A stretch of 64,000 nucleotides of DNA from Antedon mediterranea (Eukaryota; Animalia; Echinodermata). The stretch covers positions 22,461,365 to 22,525,364 of the forward strand of contig NC_092678.1 in the NCBI RefSeq assembly GCF_964355755.1. The letters run 5' to 3'. Positions 1 to 13,554 of the stretch are shown here, in pieces. Positions within the stretch are counted from its first letter, which is position 1. Each line of letters starts with the position of its first letter. The notes below the pieces were generated by a model. The model searched no databases and was not told where the DNA came from. It worked only from the letters and a program-made list of their open reading frames with translations. Made by a program: the position numbers and the translations under genes.

Positions 1-29
1 AAATACAGTTTTAACAACAAACGACAAAG

Positions 30-160
30 TTCCCCCGTAATAAGAGTGTCCCGCCCGTAATATATAGAGTTCCCCCTGCAATATAGAGTGTCTCTCTCCC
101 CCTGTAATATAGAGTGTCTCTCCCCTGTAATATAGAGTGTCTCTCCCCTGTAATATAGAA
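30..160. repeat. Degenerate ~23-25 bp tandem repeat (cccctgtaatatagagtgtctct)
   Basis: About 5 adjacent copies of tgtaatatagagtgtctctcccc. Confidence 0.8.
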
Positions 161-253
161 GTTGGTCAAGTATAATATATGAGTGTGTTCCCCTGAATAA
201 GGGTCACTCGCCGTGCCAAAGTAAAAACACAATATCTCCCTGCTCACAACCTT

Positions 254-520
254 CAACCTCCACTCCATCAAGCAAGACCGTAGCTAGGGGTTCTTTTTTT
301 CCACACAAAAAAATGGGAAAGTTCAAGCGTACGCAACTTTAAAAAAATAGATTTAGGCCTACCTAAGTTAGGTGAAAATAATTCTGCCATTTACTGCATC
401 TTTTCTTTTTTAAATCGTCAACCTCCATCCCATCAGACAAGCCCGTAGCTAGGGGGTTATTTTTTTCCACAAAAAGGGGAAGTGCAAACGTAAGCAACTA
501 AAGAAAAACTACCTAGGTAG
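254..520. repeat. Local direct duplication (~165 bp period) containing ccgtagctagggg; probable MITE-derived fragments
   Basis: caacctcca...ccgtagctagggg...ttttttccac...ggaaagt...gcaact...gaaaataatt occurs at ~255-385 and again at ~419-532. Confidence 0.65.
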
Positions 521-3500
521 ATGAAAATAATTTATAGGCCTATTTATTCAATTACAGCATCTTTTCTTTTTAAAATTGTCTATAGCCATAGCGATATTAT
601 AGTACACTATATTAATATCAATGGTTAGGCCTAGTCGCGTGATTTATCGTTGCTCTACATTCGTTATTACTGCAGGGATTTGATTTTATTTAGATAAATT
701 TTATCTGATGACTTATGGGGGCACGGGCGTGACTTTTCATGTCTTCTTGTAATGAACCCTGTTATAGATATGTTCTTTCAATTAAATCACCTATCAAACA
801 TGAATGTGATATCTCTCCGTAGCTCTAACTTGAATGGATTTGCCAATCGGCTTATCTAAATTTGTCATGAAATATAGTGATCAACTAGCGTATATTAAAT
901 CAATGGTGATTTTATTTTTAGATGCCATTAGGGTAGAGATGAGAACAATCCTACATGGATATTGTCTTGATCAAGATAATAAAACAATGATTGAATTTTA
1001 AAACAGGTCTTTTAAGACCAACCACTTTTACTGGGGACTAGAGACCGGAAAAACTCGGTTCGATCAGAAATTCTTTAGACCCAAATGGACATAACATGGC
1101 GCCTAACGCATGACGTCATTCGAGCTGCGTAGAATACCGTAACTCGAACATTTTGCATACACTGTACTGTACGGTTTATAAGGTAAATTATGCTATTACG
1201 GTATGGTAACTGTGTATTAGGTCACTCAAATTACGACCGGCCCGAAGACCGATATGCATTGAAATTGATCTATTGAAAACCCCATCGTGTCCTACAATTT
1301 AATTCAGTAGAACGGACGAAAAAATTGTTTTAATTGATTATAATTTTCCAAAATCGAAATGTTCAGGTGTTTGACGCATTGTTGTGTTTGTATTCATAAA
1401 GTCAGTTATAAAAGATATCCAATTTCTCTATTAAACAAAGGCCGTAAATTCATACCTTAAATTCACTGATTACGTGCGTAAACTTAGAATACACCTGCGG
1501 AAATACAAGAGAATCCACCTGTGATAGGTCTAGACCCACTTTCTATAGTCTGTTCACACTATGGTGTTAAATTTCGTATACTGTAGGCCTCTCCGCATGC
1601 TATCATTGCATGTGGAGTACTTTTTTTTTCTGTCTTAAAAACCAAAATCTCGTCTAGACTCAACCTATAATTACAGATATACTAAACATTGTCTGCTAGT
1701 GCGGTTGAACGAAACGGATTCTCGTGACATATTAATATGCTTTTTTTCTTACTTGCACCGTAACGGCGTAGTCATGACGCAAGTGAGTTGACCAATCACA
1801 GTTCGGTTGGCCCATTGCGTCGCCGTCGTGATTGGTCAAATTACTTCCGACGCGTAGTGGAAACAAGCTTATGAAAGTGTATTGAATCTCGTTCGGTTTT
1901 AGCGTTACGAACATTGGACCATGGGTCGATTTTGATTCCCTTTCAATTGTCTGGCGACGCCCATGTCGAAAATTTCATGTCAAAACACTGCAATATCATA
2001 TGCCCGGCTGTATAATACGTATACCAAAATAGAATATCATTTAAATTCTCATTTTGGATACTTTTAAGTAGAAAATATAAAGCGAGGATTACTTTTGACA
2101 TACTGCCAACCGCAAGAGATACCAAGGGACATTAGTAGCGCCAACCTTTCCAAACAAAACAAAAATAAACTCAAGTATTTTAATGAGAGACATATACCCT
2201 TGACTACCACAAAACTAAAAGGGCTGAAGAATTGCCATATTTGGTTGTGGGACAGTCCCCTTCACTGATAGCCTTGACTGTACTTTGTTGACGGTTCATG
2301 CATTTCGGATAAAATATGAAACTGATTGATTTTCTACCATACCGAAAAGAGGTTGACGCTTTTGGACACAAAGTTGACGTGTTTGGAAATGTGTCTGTTG
2401 AAATTCATATATTCCATGATAATTTATCGGCAATGCCAGCATTTTATTTTCAAACTTTCTTTCTGAATTTCGTTTAGGAAGGTATGGTCATTATATAGGC
2501 CTATTACGGTACCGTACATTTTATAAGCCCTATAAGTTTGATTATCAAGAATTTTATTGTTTTTTCCCCGGCTATATTACAATACTTCCGTTGGATTTTG
2601 GAGTGGTACTCGCACGTGTCACGTTGACGATAGGTTTATTGAACTAAACTCTACCGTTCCGGTCAATTCATAAAACACGCATTACTGATCAAAATGGCGA
2701 GAACATGATATATTTTTACAGTTGGTGTTTATTTATAGGCAACTGGTATGTCCTTCAAATATATTTTTGTGGTTGAAAAAATGGTTGGTATCTTTAGCAG
2801 GTAACATGCGCTTATGACGTAAGCGAGATGAGTTAATAACATACCACAAGGAGGTGAATGTACGCTTGTGTATGGCGTGCTGATAATTTGTTTTTGAATA
2901 AATGACTATTCGGCCCGCCATAGTCATATAACTTCCAAGAGATATATGTTCCCCTGAAAACAATTTTGTTTATTGTTGAATAGGCCAATTTAATGTCACA
3001 TAACAGTTATTGACTTTCTGCAAAAGTTTGATCGAACAATTATTTGTAATTTACTGTAGGCCTAATTTAAAGAAGACAAAATAGTCAACCGGAAGCCCAT
3101 ATCTGGCAATGGATTTTTGGTTACATTTTTTCAGAAGTGATTTTATTCATCATCTTTGTTGGGACAATACATCTTACTGTATAATATTAACATAGATACA
3201 AAGCTTTTCCTCGTTGTATGCGATGTGTGTAATACTAATAGTATTAATGACATGACAGAAGAAGATGTCGCGCGGAGAATTATGTATAGCCAGCTGCTTT
3301 GATAAAATATCACGACCTTAGGTCACATGATACGAATGTTTTCATAACAGACTATTTCTATCGTAGTTACGTCACACTGTAGTTTACTTGGTTAATTAAT
3401 GTCTTGCTGTGTATATACCACAAACCAGCGGAGTACTCTATAACCGTCAACATCAAATCTGTAGTCATGCGCAGCAACAATATTTTTTTAAACACCAAAA

Positions 3501-4794
3501 TTGTATCTTTTCTACATCTATCTATTTAATATTGCCAGTTTGTCGGCGGTGCGTCAATCCAATTGCGCTATTTATAATTTTGCCATAGAGCGTAAGCAAT
3601 TATAATTACGGCTGTGACGACTCGACTACTGTATGATGTGGTTCGCACGCCAAATTCCGACCGAAATTGGTAGTAGTACAGCAGCTATGGAGGAATAAGG
3701 GCATAGGCCTACATGTCCTGGCCCTGGACGTAAACCCTTTGTACGGCAATTGCCGACAATTTTAGAGCAAAATTGATAGCTTTAATCTTCGCAGTGATGC
3801 TACTGATATTATTGTACAGTAGTTCAAACTGACCTATATTTAAAATGAAAAGCGTTAATTTTCGAGCCAATCCTATCATCAATCCCGACTTTAATTAACC
3901 TATCAAGTATACTATAAATGCAACAAGATGTGAAAGATCACACCCGTACGTTACCATGTGTTAAAGGTGGCCTACTTTAAGACAAATCTGCTGCTTTAGG
4001 TACATTTCTCATACTAGTATTAGACACATGTCTCATAATCACATAGATTAGTAGTGTTAATTAGTTTAGAATAGGAGAAGTTACTGCAGTAATTTTAAGA
4101 ACCGTGAAAAACGCAAAAACTTGTTTCCCACTAACGCAACTCCGATGCCCAAACTCGTGATTGCGTCATCACGCATCATACGCCCTTGCGTGGCCTCCCA
4201 TGAGTGGTCTTTATTTAGGAAGTACCGCAGAGTTGGTAAAAGAGGTGATAGTAGCAGTGCATGTCCTTATTGTGCCGTAACCCAGCAGGAACAATTGTGT
4301 TTCTGATTGATCAACTTGATAGGTAGTGCAGTAGTACACTGCATTAAGTTTGGTCCAGTTTCCTCCTCGGGGCAATTTACAAATGTTTAAAATAACTATT
4401 TTGCTGCCCTGCACAAATTTAGTTAGTAAAGTCTTATCTGTAAACAGTAGTGAGTTACATTTTTACCAAGAAGTGGACACAAGGTAATTAGCTGTTCCCA
4501 TCGGTATAGGCCTAGCACTTGACATCGTGCTCTTTCTAAACCTAAAGGTTAATATTTTGCATTTTTCTGCAAACGTGCCGCAGGGCTAACAAACACAATT
4601 CAATTACTCCCAATCGCACCAATTACAGTGTTTTTAGCAGCTGAATTATAACTTAAATGGTATAAATAATATAGATTTCCCTTTTTATTTATACTTCAAA
4701 ATGCCCCATGCAAAGGCACTTTGCGGAAATCTTCGAAAACTCAACAAATTTGTCAAACTACTACATCTGTACATGGTACGGTACATGGGGAAAG

Positions 4795-4926
4795 TTCGAT
4801 GTTACGACGACCCAATGCCTTGGAATTATGCAAATGAGGTCATGTTACGACGACCATGGGCTCGGAATTATGCAAATGAGGTCATGTTACGATGAAGACG
4901 GGCTCGGAATTATGCAATGAGGTCAT
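4795..4926. repeat. ~42-bp tandem repeat (ggaattatgcaaatgaggtcatgttacgacga), 3 copies
   Basis: Copies at ~4822, 4864 and 4906; explains ORFs 4701-4895 and 4708-4920. Confidence 0.85.
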
Positions 4927-5040
4927 CATAAATCAGAACATGGTTTAACTTCTAGCCAATCAAAAGTGTTATTTGAATATCAGAAGACGATTTTTTGAAA
5001 GGGAAGTTGAAGTTGATTCCATAGACATAGAAACAATTAA

Positions 5041-5250
5041 AAGTTTTTGCGTACTTTCTGCTGTGGGCTAGGCCTACTGGTATTATGTATTGTGTCGGAG
5101 TTAATGCAAGTTTTTGCGTACTTTCTGCTGTGGGCTATGCCTACTGGTATTATGTATTGTGTCGGAGTTAATGCAAGTTTTTGCGTACTTTCTGCTGTGG
5201 GCTAGGCCTACTGGTATTATGTATTGTGTCGGAGTTAATGCAAGTTTCTG
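5041..5250. repeat. 67-bp near-perfect tandem repeat, 3 copies
   Basis: aagtttttgcgtactttctgctgtgggctaggcctactggtattatgtattgtgtcggagttaatgc repeated three times. Confidence 0.92.
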
Positions 5251-7260
5251 CGGTATACCAGCTGTTATGTCGACATGTTATTTGTAGAAATATTGTCTTT
5301 ATTATCGATGCTTCTACCGTTCGTTTCCTTCGTCCTTCGTTTATGGCTTTACAAATATAAACAAATCCCACAGTGCATTGCAACAGCTGTTTCTAGAAAC
5401 TCATTAACTAGTAATTAAAGATGCATCATCCGTTAAAGGAACTTTCTCTTAGAACTGAGAAATAAACTTTTAATTAAAAGATGATTGTTTGATTTGTGAT
5501 TCATTTCATATTTTAAATAGATCAAATTCTTCCTCTTGTATTTGGTAATCTTGGTAGGCTTATTCGTAACCTTTTACTAAGATTCTCCGAATATGTTATC
5601 CATTATGAATTTTGAAACGCAAAACCATATGACATTTTTAGAAGTTTGATCTTGTGAATCACTACAGTACACTGTGTAAATAGACAATTATATGTTATAG
5701 ATCCTTCTGGTATTAAGAACTCAATAGTTACGCAATATTAATTAAGTTTAAATAGAATATGGGCGATAGGATATACTTTTCATTCATATTTGATAGACTA
5801 GACGTAGCATATACTCATTGGCGATGGAATAACTAGTTTGGAACCCAGTTTAGTTCTAGTTTGGTACTTTTGGTGGACAACACTATAAATTACATAGATT
5901 TATGCGATGCTGGGTTAGTTTCATTGCACACCATACAATCAAAAGGTTTAAATCTTGTACTTTTTAATAAAGAAATACCGGTGTCCGTTCGTTTAGTGTA
6001 AAATATATTGAAGCTGAAAGTAGGTGGGTCGTAATTTATACCTAGGCATACAACAGTGGTTATTGCATAATGAATCCCAGTGGTGTGGTTATTACACATT
6101 TGATATATCGCAAGCCAACCGTTGGCGACACAGTGTACATGACATGGTACATGAAGTAGGCCTATTGCAGTATTTGTTTTAAATGACGTCTTCATTTAAT
6201 AATGTAATAGTACTTTGAATGCATCTTTGTTAAATTCCTTTTCTTGCACAACCCACAAAAGTATGGATATTGTGCCCCACATTTGACATTATGTTCAATC
6301 AAACCAATCTAACAACAGGACACTAAGCTCGCTTTGTCAAGAACTCGTAACCGCGGCGCGCGGTTCTGATCGTGCCGCAGCAACAGATAAACTCTTTGAT
6401 CTCCGGAGCTTGTTAGATTGCCTTGGTTCAATTCAATTCTCAAATATTATCCCTATCCCCGTGACCACACCCTATTTCAAAATTCTTAATCCACCACTGA
6501 GAACTTTTATCATTTATCATTTTAAATATAAGTTTACGTATATAAACCGTCGATTTCAATTGAGCATAATATGCGTACTGTCTAAATTACAACCCTGATT
6601 GCAGAACGCGCAGCTCGTAATAAGATTTTTCCTCACTCATTCATTACACAATTTTCAATTGACCCTGAAATATAAGAGTTTCTTATAACAATTTATTTAT
6701 CAAACCAAATCTGATACACCTGTTCCAGTATTGTAACATATCTTTATTTATTTTCTTTCTTGTATTATAACACTTTTGGCGTGTCACTCCAGCAGTGAGG
6801 AAAAATTGCATGACGGGACATCGTTAACCACTAAATTGAAGGGTGACGTATGGCATTCTTACGAGATTTGTCAGCATTCCCTAATGAATATGTTTAACAC
6901 AGTACTCTTGTATATAGAATGTAACACAATATTAACACTAGTTGACACGCTGTCAGTCCATATTACATTCGTTTTATATTAATTTAGTCGTTTTGTCATT
7001 AACATCGGCTAACAATCATGAATGTGGATTGTTGATCTCTTAACATGAATGAATATATTCGCGTTTTAAGATTCAATGATTTTTGTTTACCCAGGCTGCT
7101 TTCAATGTTCAATTTGGACAAACTGTTTTTTTTAGAACATATGAATTTAGGCCCTCTCCTAGCTTCATGTGACAAAAAAAAAGTGATATCATATACTACC
7201 ATATTTGGGCACATCACACTTTTTGTGTTTAAAATTATAGTTTGATAGGGCTTGCCTGCC

Positions 7261-7560
7261 AAAGCTCGGTTTACACTATAAGAACGCAACCCATGAAGAA
7301 CGTAAGCTCAACGCAATTAAACTGACCAGTCACAATCGATAGATTATTTAAATTTTTGCGTGTGATTGGTCAACTTACTTGCGTTACGTCTTTGCGTTGC
7401 GTCCTAGTGGGAAACAAGCTTCAGCATGGTTCCTACGATAAATCAGCGCAAGTAATTTGACGCGATGTATTATGAACTATATCCCGCCGTGATTGGTCAA
7501 AATATTTACGTTACCGCTTCTTACGCCCTTGCGCTGCGTCATAGTTAGAAAAAAGCTTTA
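7261..7560. mobile_element. Two adjacent degenerate copies of MITE family B (TIR agcgtggttcccactag / ctagtgggaaacaagct)
   Basis: End motif ctagtgggaaacaagctt at ~7404-7421 and aacgca/ttgcgtt internal motifs match the intact copy at 40286-40452; related fragments at ~1800-1870 and ~4120-4140. Confidence 0.6.
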
Positions 7561-8559
7561 CCCTTTCACGCAAACCCACAAATGATACGTTCTAGTTTCT
7601 GACACGTGTCAATCAATCTGTAAGCACTGAATCAATCATAAATCCAATTATTCCATTTTATTTTTTATAGTCTATCATAAACTATAGTACTTACACGATA
7701 AGCATGTATTCGTTTAAAAGCGTGATGTCTATAAATTGCCATCCCGTTGGTTTCACAACATACCTCAAACAGGTGGATATATAGAAAGGAACATTACAAT
7801 AGGTCATTATGACGTCAATACACCTTGTCTTTGTCTCACAAATCAGTAAGCAATTACAGTACTATATGATTTAAAATGCACTGTCTGATTTTGTTAAATA
7901 CCTTTTTGTTTATTCGTCGACCTGGTATGATACTATTATTAGTAGAAATATTACGTGGAAACGATCTTTACCGGTATGCGAGAGACTGAGTCGAAGTACA
8001 CTGTGTTGATGACGCTAGATTCGTATATAAATAATAGCAGATATGTTTTGAGTGACACTCTAAAGCTCGTGTTAACAAAATATATGTTATAAAATCTTGT
8101 ATAAATATCTTGCATAAATATAAGAAGTACTTTGCCACGATCAAATAATTATCTACAAACCCTCTTTGGACCACACTTGATACACGTTGGAATTCGGCCC
8201 AGGGTTACATAGAGAAATACTGGGTATATGTACTATTCACATAGGTATTAGGCCCAGTGGAAATATACAGTAAAGATAATAATCTACCCGCTCCGTGAGG
8301 AAATGAGAAGTATTATGTATGTCAAATACTGCCACCTATAGTTGTTGCGGGTCACAAAGTTTCTGTTAAAAAAGCAAGGGGTGGTAGGCTGAAGACCTTT
8401 CCCACAGTTTAAAATAGATTGTCGAGTGACGGTTGGTTTATTAAATATGACCTACACTAAAGTATGACCTTGTTTCAACGAGGTTGAAGAGAAATAGGAA
8501 AATTCTTTAAATGTGTTTATATAAAAGGTAAAAGTACCGGTATAGCATAACAAAGTCTT

Positions 8560-8706
8560 AGTGTAGACAGAGCTTTACTATCAAACTTTATGTGACATTA
8601 AATTTAATGTGCCCATATATAGACATGATGATGTCATATCACTATCATATTTGGACACATCACACTTTTTTTTGTCAAACTAGTTTGATAGTGTAGACAG
8701 AGCTTT
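8560..8706. mobile_element. MITE family A copy just upstream of the 8762 splice acceptor
   Basis: ctatcaaact...atgtgcccatatatagacatgatgatgtcatatcact...agtttgatagtgtagacagagcttta. Confidence 0.85.
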
Positions 8707-8761
8707 ACGCTTGTTCGATATATTTAATTTATTTAATGTATCTTTTTTCTTTTTGTTTCAG

Positions 8762-11479
8762 ACGGGTTTAGAAGATTCTGGTAACAGTCTTTCTCGGCAA
8801 ATGGCGTCTATGTACAGAACCTTTCAAGAGATGAAAGAAGCTGGAGAGATCAGTGACGTTGAGATTGAGATAGACGAAGAAGAGCTGTCATCTCCCAATT
8901 CCAGAATAAGTGACACCACTGGAATAGGATCATATGATAGATCGTTTTCAGCAGATGACGCCATGGACACAGAGGACGAGTTAGAAGATTTCAGTGACCT
9001 GGACACTGATAGCACAGCCAGCTCAGGGCAGAGAAAGAAACATGGATATAACCAGATGTCACGTGACCCCTCGGATACTTGCAACGAGAAAAGAAAACGA
9101 CTAACACATCGTATTAAAAGACAATCTTCTGACGTCAAATCTGATTCAGATTCTGAATGTGATAATGACCAGTGTTCTTGCTGTATGTCACGGAGCTCGT
9201 TTGGATCTGTAACCCCGAGCAAGCGATATTATTTTGAAGACAGATCTCGAGCAGACGACACCTCTAGTAGTTCATGTAGTGACTATGAGGAACCTATTAA
9301 AAGGAATACCATGCCATTGCACGAGCGTCATAGTCCATTTTACAACCCTGGGGATGGCAATTCGTCCAGCGAAGAAGAAGATATATGCAAAGATAATATG
9401 GATAATTTATTAACACCTCATGGCGTGACTAAAGAGTTTTCTGATAGAGACAGTGAGACGTCACTGCAGAAACGTCTTAGTCCACTTGGATGTGAAAGTC
9501 CAAAACATTATGATTCACACGGAAATGTTGTGAGTGTGCCTTCTGAGAATGAAAGCGATGACAAATCATTAGAAGACAAAGTTAAGGAACTTACCGTAGA
9601 ACTTGAGCATTGTAAAGAAGAAATCAGTAAAAGGACACAAATGAGGAAACTTTCTAAAGATAGCATATCACTTGAACAGGACATTATCGTAGGCCTAGTT
9701 GAAAATGGTAATAAAAGTGACAACGAAGCTGACCTGAGCTTAAAAAGCGATTCCTCTTTGAACTCTGTTAACATATCAGACAAGAGAAAGTTGTTTGAAA
9801 AGGAAATACAGAAAGAAGCTGAACAAAGAACCAAACGTCCTCTTAAACGAAAAGATTCTATTGGAAATGCAATGATGGACAAACTTAAGGCTCAGTTTGA
9901 AAGTTCAGATGCCAAGACATCTGGAACTGCTCTACGTGAGAACCTCGGTGCGAAAGGAAGAAGGGACAGTATAAAAGATAAGATCAAAATTATTGAAAAT
10001 AAAGTTCAGGAAGAAAGTGATGATAGTAGCACTCTGAAATCTACATCTGAATCTAGAGCGTTGCAAAAGAAACTGGAAGCATCTAAGAAAGTATCAAATG
10101 CACTAAAACAAGTGTTTGAGAAAGATTTAAACCAAAACCACGTCTCGCCAAAAAGTACATTGAAACAAACAAAGACTAAAGAAAAGAAATGTGCAGATCA
10201 GGGCAAGCTCTTGTCTGTTCCATCGGTCGATAAACATTCTAAGAAGACAAATAAAAAGAATAATGAATCAAAAGGAGATATCGCTACAAAACCTTCTGGT
10301 GGAAAGTCGTCATTGCCACGACCTATGGCTTCTAAAGACACTATACAACCAGGTGACGAGACACCAGATGTTGACTACGAGAAAAGAGACAAAGTTGCCG
10401 CTAAGAAAAAGTTCAAAGAGCTGCAAAATATGTGGCAACCAAAACTTGTAGTGAATGCGTCTGGTAAGCAAACAAAGCCAGAGCTACAAAAACGGATACA
10501 ACGGCTGCAGAAAGCTGCACTTAATACCGGGCACTCGAGTATTCCTAAAGGTAGCAAACGAGCCGTCTCTAGAGCTGTTATTCATATGAACAAAAAGGAA
10601 AAGAATGATCCAAAAACGATGGAATTTAATTCGGAATCTGGTGAAGTAATTATTGGACAGACAACAGAAACCGATAAAGACGGATATAAAACCGTTAAAT
10701 TACGAGGAAATGGTCTTGTTGTTACGTTGAAGATAAATCCAAATGGCAAGAACACCAAATCTGCTGATGTTAAAGTTTGCCCAAGTTGTCATAAGCACAA
10801 CGAAAAGGGTTCCAAAAAGGCTGCGTCCGATGAAATGCGACTTGTGGTGCCGCAAACTAAACAGAGAATAGAACTAGGAGACGAAGTCCATATTGTTGTG
10901 CCGCAGAATATTACAAACCACGGTACAACAAAAACACAGGTGGCTCAACCCCAACGAAAGATTTCACCATACACGCCGCAACAGGAACGTGTAGTACCAC
11001 ATATACCTCAACAGACACGTGTAATACCAATCCAGCGGCTTGCTCAAGTGCCCGTCTCACCGACATCTACTCGCAATCAGAATATCTTTCCACAAGCTGC
11101 CAATATGCATCGTAGAGTTTCAGTTCCAGCAAGGATGAATGACACCAAAGTACCCGTTAGGAAAATGTCAACAAGCTCAATCACGACGTATGTCAACGGC
11201 TCAGACGCCCCAGTTCAGCCGGGACAGAGGTACATAACAGTAACGCCAAGTGAGAGTTACAGTAACCAGTCATCGGCACCGAGAATCGTTGTTAAAAACC
11301 ATCAAATGGATACACAAACTGGACAACAGCGTATTACCGTGATTCCGATTCAAACTGCAGGACAGACTCCGCGGTTTCAACTTAAAAGCGTCAGCGGCGG
11401 TGGTGGCACCGTTCGCATGCAGCAGGCTAAATCTACCACGAAATATAGAATAATTAACACAAGACAAGATTCTACGTGA
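8762..11479 (+). CDS. Large terminal coding exon (~905 aa) of an uncharacterised Ser/Glu/Lys-rich, mostly disordered/coiled-coil protein; upstream exon(s) not identified
   Basis: 2.7-kb open frame in AT-rich DNA. Polypyrimidine tract plus ttttgtttcag acceptor ends at 8761, phase 0 (TGLEDSG...). The ORF-track start at 8711 is intronic. AATAAA signals near 11646 and 11689. Confidence 0.85.
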   Translation, partial: TGLEDSGNSLSRQMASMYRTFQEMKEAGEISDVEIEIDEEELSSPNSRISDTTGIGSYDRSFSADDAMDTEDELEDFSDLDTDSTASSGQRKKHGYNQMSRDPSDTCNEKRKRLTHRIKRQSSDVKSDSDSECDNDQCSCCMSRSSFGSVTPSKRYYFEDRSRADDTSSSSCSDYEEPIKRNTMPLHERHSPFYNPGDGNSSSEEEDICKDNMDNLLTPHGVTKEFSDRDSETSLQKRLSPLGCESPKHYDSHGNVVSVPSENESDDKSLEDKVKELTVELEHCKEEISKRTQMRKLSKDSISLEQDIIVGLVENGNKSDNEADLSLKSDSSLNSVNISDKRKLFEKEIQKEAEQRTKRPLKRKDSIGNAMMDKLKAQFESSDAKTSGTALRENLGAKGRRDSIKDKIKIIENKVQEESDDSSTLKSTSESRALQKKLEASKKVSNALKQVFEKDLNQNHVSPKSTLKQTKTKEKKCADQGKLLSVPSVDKHSKKTNKKNNESKGDIATKPSGGKSSLPRPMASKDTIQPGDETPDVDYEKRDKVAAKKKFKELQNMWQPKLVVNASGKQTKPELQKRIQRLQKAALNTGHSSIPKGSKRAVSRAVIHMNKKEKNDPKTMEFNSESGEVIIGQTTETDKDGYKTVKLRGNGLVVTLKINPNGKNTKSADVKVCPSCHKHNEKGSKKAASDEMRLVVPQTKQRIELGDEVHIVVPQNITNHGTTKTQVAQPQRKISPYTPQQERVVPHIPQQTRVIPIQRLAQVPVSPTSTRNQNIFPQAANMHRRVSVPARMNDTKVPVRKMSTSSITTYVNGSDAPVQPGQRYITVTPSESYSNQSSAPRIVVKNHQMDTQTGQQRITVIPIQTAGQTPRFQLKSVSGGGGTVRMQQAKSTTKYRIINTRQDST

Positions 11480-13554
11480 ATAGGATAAAATGTGTTGTAA
11501 TTATTGGAAAGTTGAAATGAAGTGAACACAGTATTAATTGTGAAGAATGTGACATGGGCCAGATGTTATGGTACGGTACCACACTTGGGAATGGTTTCAG
11601 CGGACGTTTGAGTGGACTTAACGTCCTGCTTAAGAGGCCTAAATGAATAAATAATTAAAAACTAATAAAAATCAACTATATCGCAGCCAATAAATAAACT
11701 ATAATGATTGTGGATAATAGAAAGGAAGTAAAAAAGTATAATGCCGACTGTATTATGTATAAAGCATATTATTTTATCATTTTTGCAAATGCTTTATTAT
11801 AATTAAAATATTGTAAAATACAAATCGATTTATATATTTTATTTATATAATGCTCGATAAAAATAAAAATATTTCAACCTTACTCTCTTGTTGATAATCA
11901 GACAGATAAAAAGCTACATTGAATTCACATTCTTACAGGGGTGTGGTTATGTGGAAGAAAGACAGTTGTTTATTTATGCTAGTTTAAATTTAGGCCTGAT
12001 TACCGTCTAGAATGGAATTATGTACACTCGGGGAGTAGGAGGGAGAGATACTACAAGGAGTTGCGTTGAAAAGAGAAAGCATTTGTGAGGTTAGCGACCT
12101 CACGGCTGCTATGAAGTCTAAGTCATTCTGATTCAGAATGACTTTTCGACTCGACAACTGCGTAGGCTGCGTGCCGCGTCTTGAAAAAGAAAGACCAAGT
12201 GCCACACTCCGGTGAAGTGAATTCAATAGATTCTATCCAGGTTGTTAAAAGAATGTCAAAGGTTGAATTTTCCCAGGTCAAAGGTCTTTACAAATCATTT
12301 TCCCGTTTTATTGTGCAATAGGCCTAACCGGCAGTAGAAAAGTAGAATGTTTTCTTTTTCTATAATTGAAAGCATTGGTTAGATTCTCATTGAAATGATA
12401 TTTTATTTTAAGTGCAATGTTTTACCGGTATCCAATCCGATTTTTAGGGGATTTTCTACAACAAAAATCCAAAGAAGAACGTATAAGTAGTCTACTTTCT
12501 GTTATAGATTAATAACAATACAGTAGTTTAATTTGTTTATAGTGCAGTAATAATAATAAATAGTGACATTAATTACTACGTAAAAGTTGATGGGAATACG
12601 GTTCTGGGCGGATCCAGAACAGGGGACACGGTGTACCCGCCACCATACGATAAAAATCCAGACTTATAAAATGTATTGAAAACCCTTAAAATATTGTTTT
12701 GATCTGAGTTTTTGGTAATTGATAACTTATGTTACTCTCTCGGTGCATCTAAGAGGAGTGCCGTAAAAAAGTGGGTTTTTAATGTCTTTAGTAAAATAAC
12801 TTCAACTGCAGTCTATTGCTGTGAAAATAACTTGCGTGGATACAATCAAATATGTAATAATACATAATTCATAAACTATGAATAATTAACATAACTTAAT
12901 AAAATTTGTTTTTGATGCGCAAGATGGTGCTCTGGTGTTTAATTATGTGACGTAATTCGGTACGTCACATCACATATTCAAACAATTTGTTTGTGGGTGC
13001 TTAATAACTGTACAACATTATTGTATTTAATGAAGAAAACAACATAGTATTTGTATTACCATTAGAAAATAATATAAATACAAAAATAAAACTCCGTAAA
13101 ACAGCGAGTAGCGATGTTTCGCGTAACGCAATACGGGGCGCAAATAGTAATACGGGGCGCCATTTGAGACATCGTTATTTCGTGAAATAAAATTGTGCCT
13201 TCTCTGAGCGCTTTTTTTTATAGCTATTTATTTATGTCCCAAACTGCACCTCGTATGCGATATGACGATCCATGTTTTGTGGTTATTAACGATCGTTTGT
13301 AAATCTAAAAACAGTTGTTTTAATTGATGACGTTTTTGCATGGATAATGGCCAGTAGATACATTGGTATGTAGATTGTGATACATCTGACATGGTTCTTA
13401 CTTCTTATATCATTATGTTACACTAAATAAATATTTTAATTGCATGAACTTTGTGTTGTTCAGTTATCATTTCTGTTCTTCTTCTTGTTTCCTTGACTTT
13501 TAATGCATGTGTGTAGCCTACTTTTGTCATTAACATGTAATGTGTTTATTGACA

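Noticed and set aside
4701-4775. Candidate upstream exon (…KFVKLLHLYM|gtacgg) for the 8762 exon
   Set aside because: Phase-compatible, but the donor is weak and it abuts a tandem repeat that looks transposon-derived; not supportable without transcripts
8711-8761. N-terminal MFDIFNLFNVSFFFLFQ of the 922-aa ORF
   Set aside because: Polypyrimidine tract of an intron with a TTG pseudo-start; the exon begins at 8762
8824-11467. Antisense and alternate-frame ORFs inside the large exon, and similar ones over IARS1 exons
   Set aside because: Shadows of real coding exons
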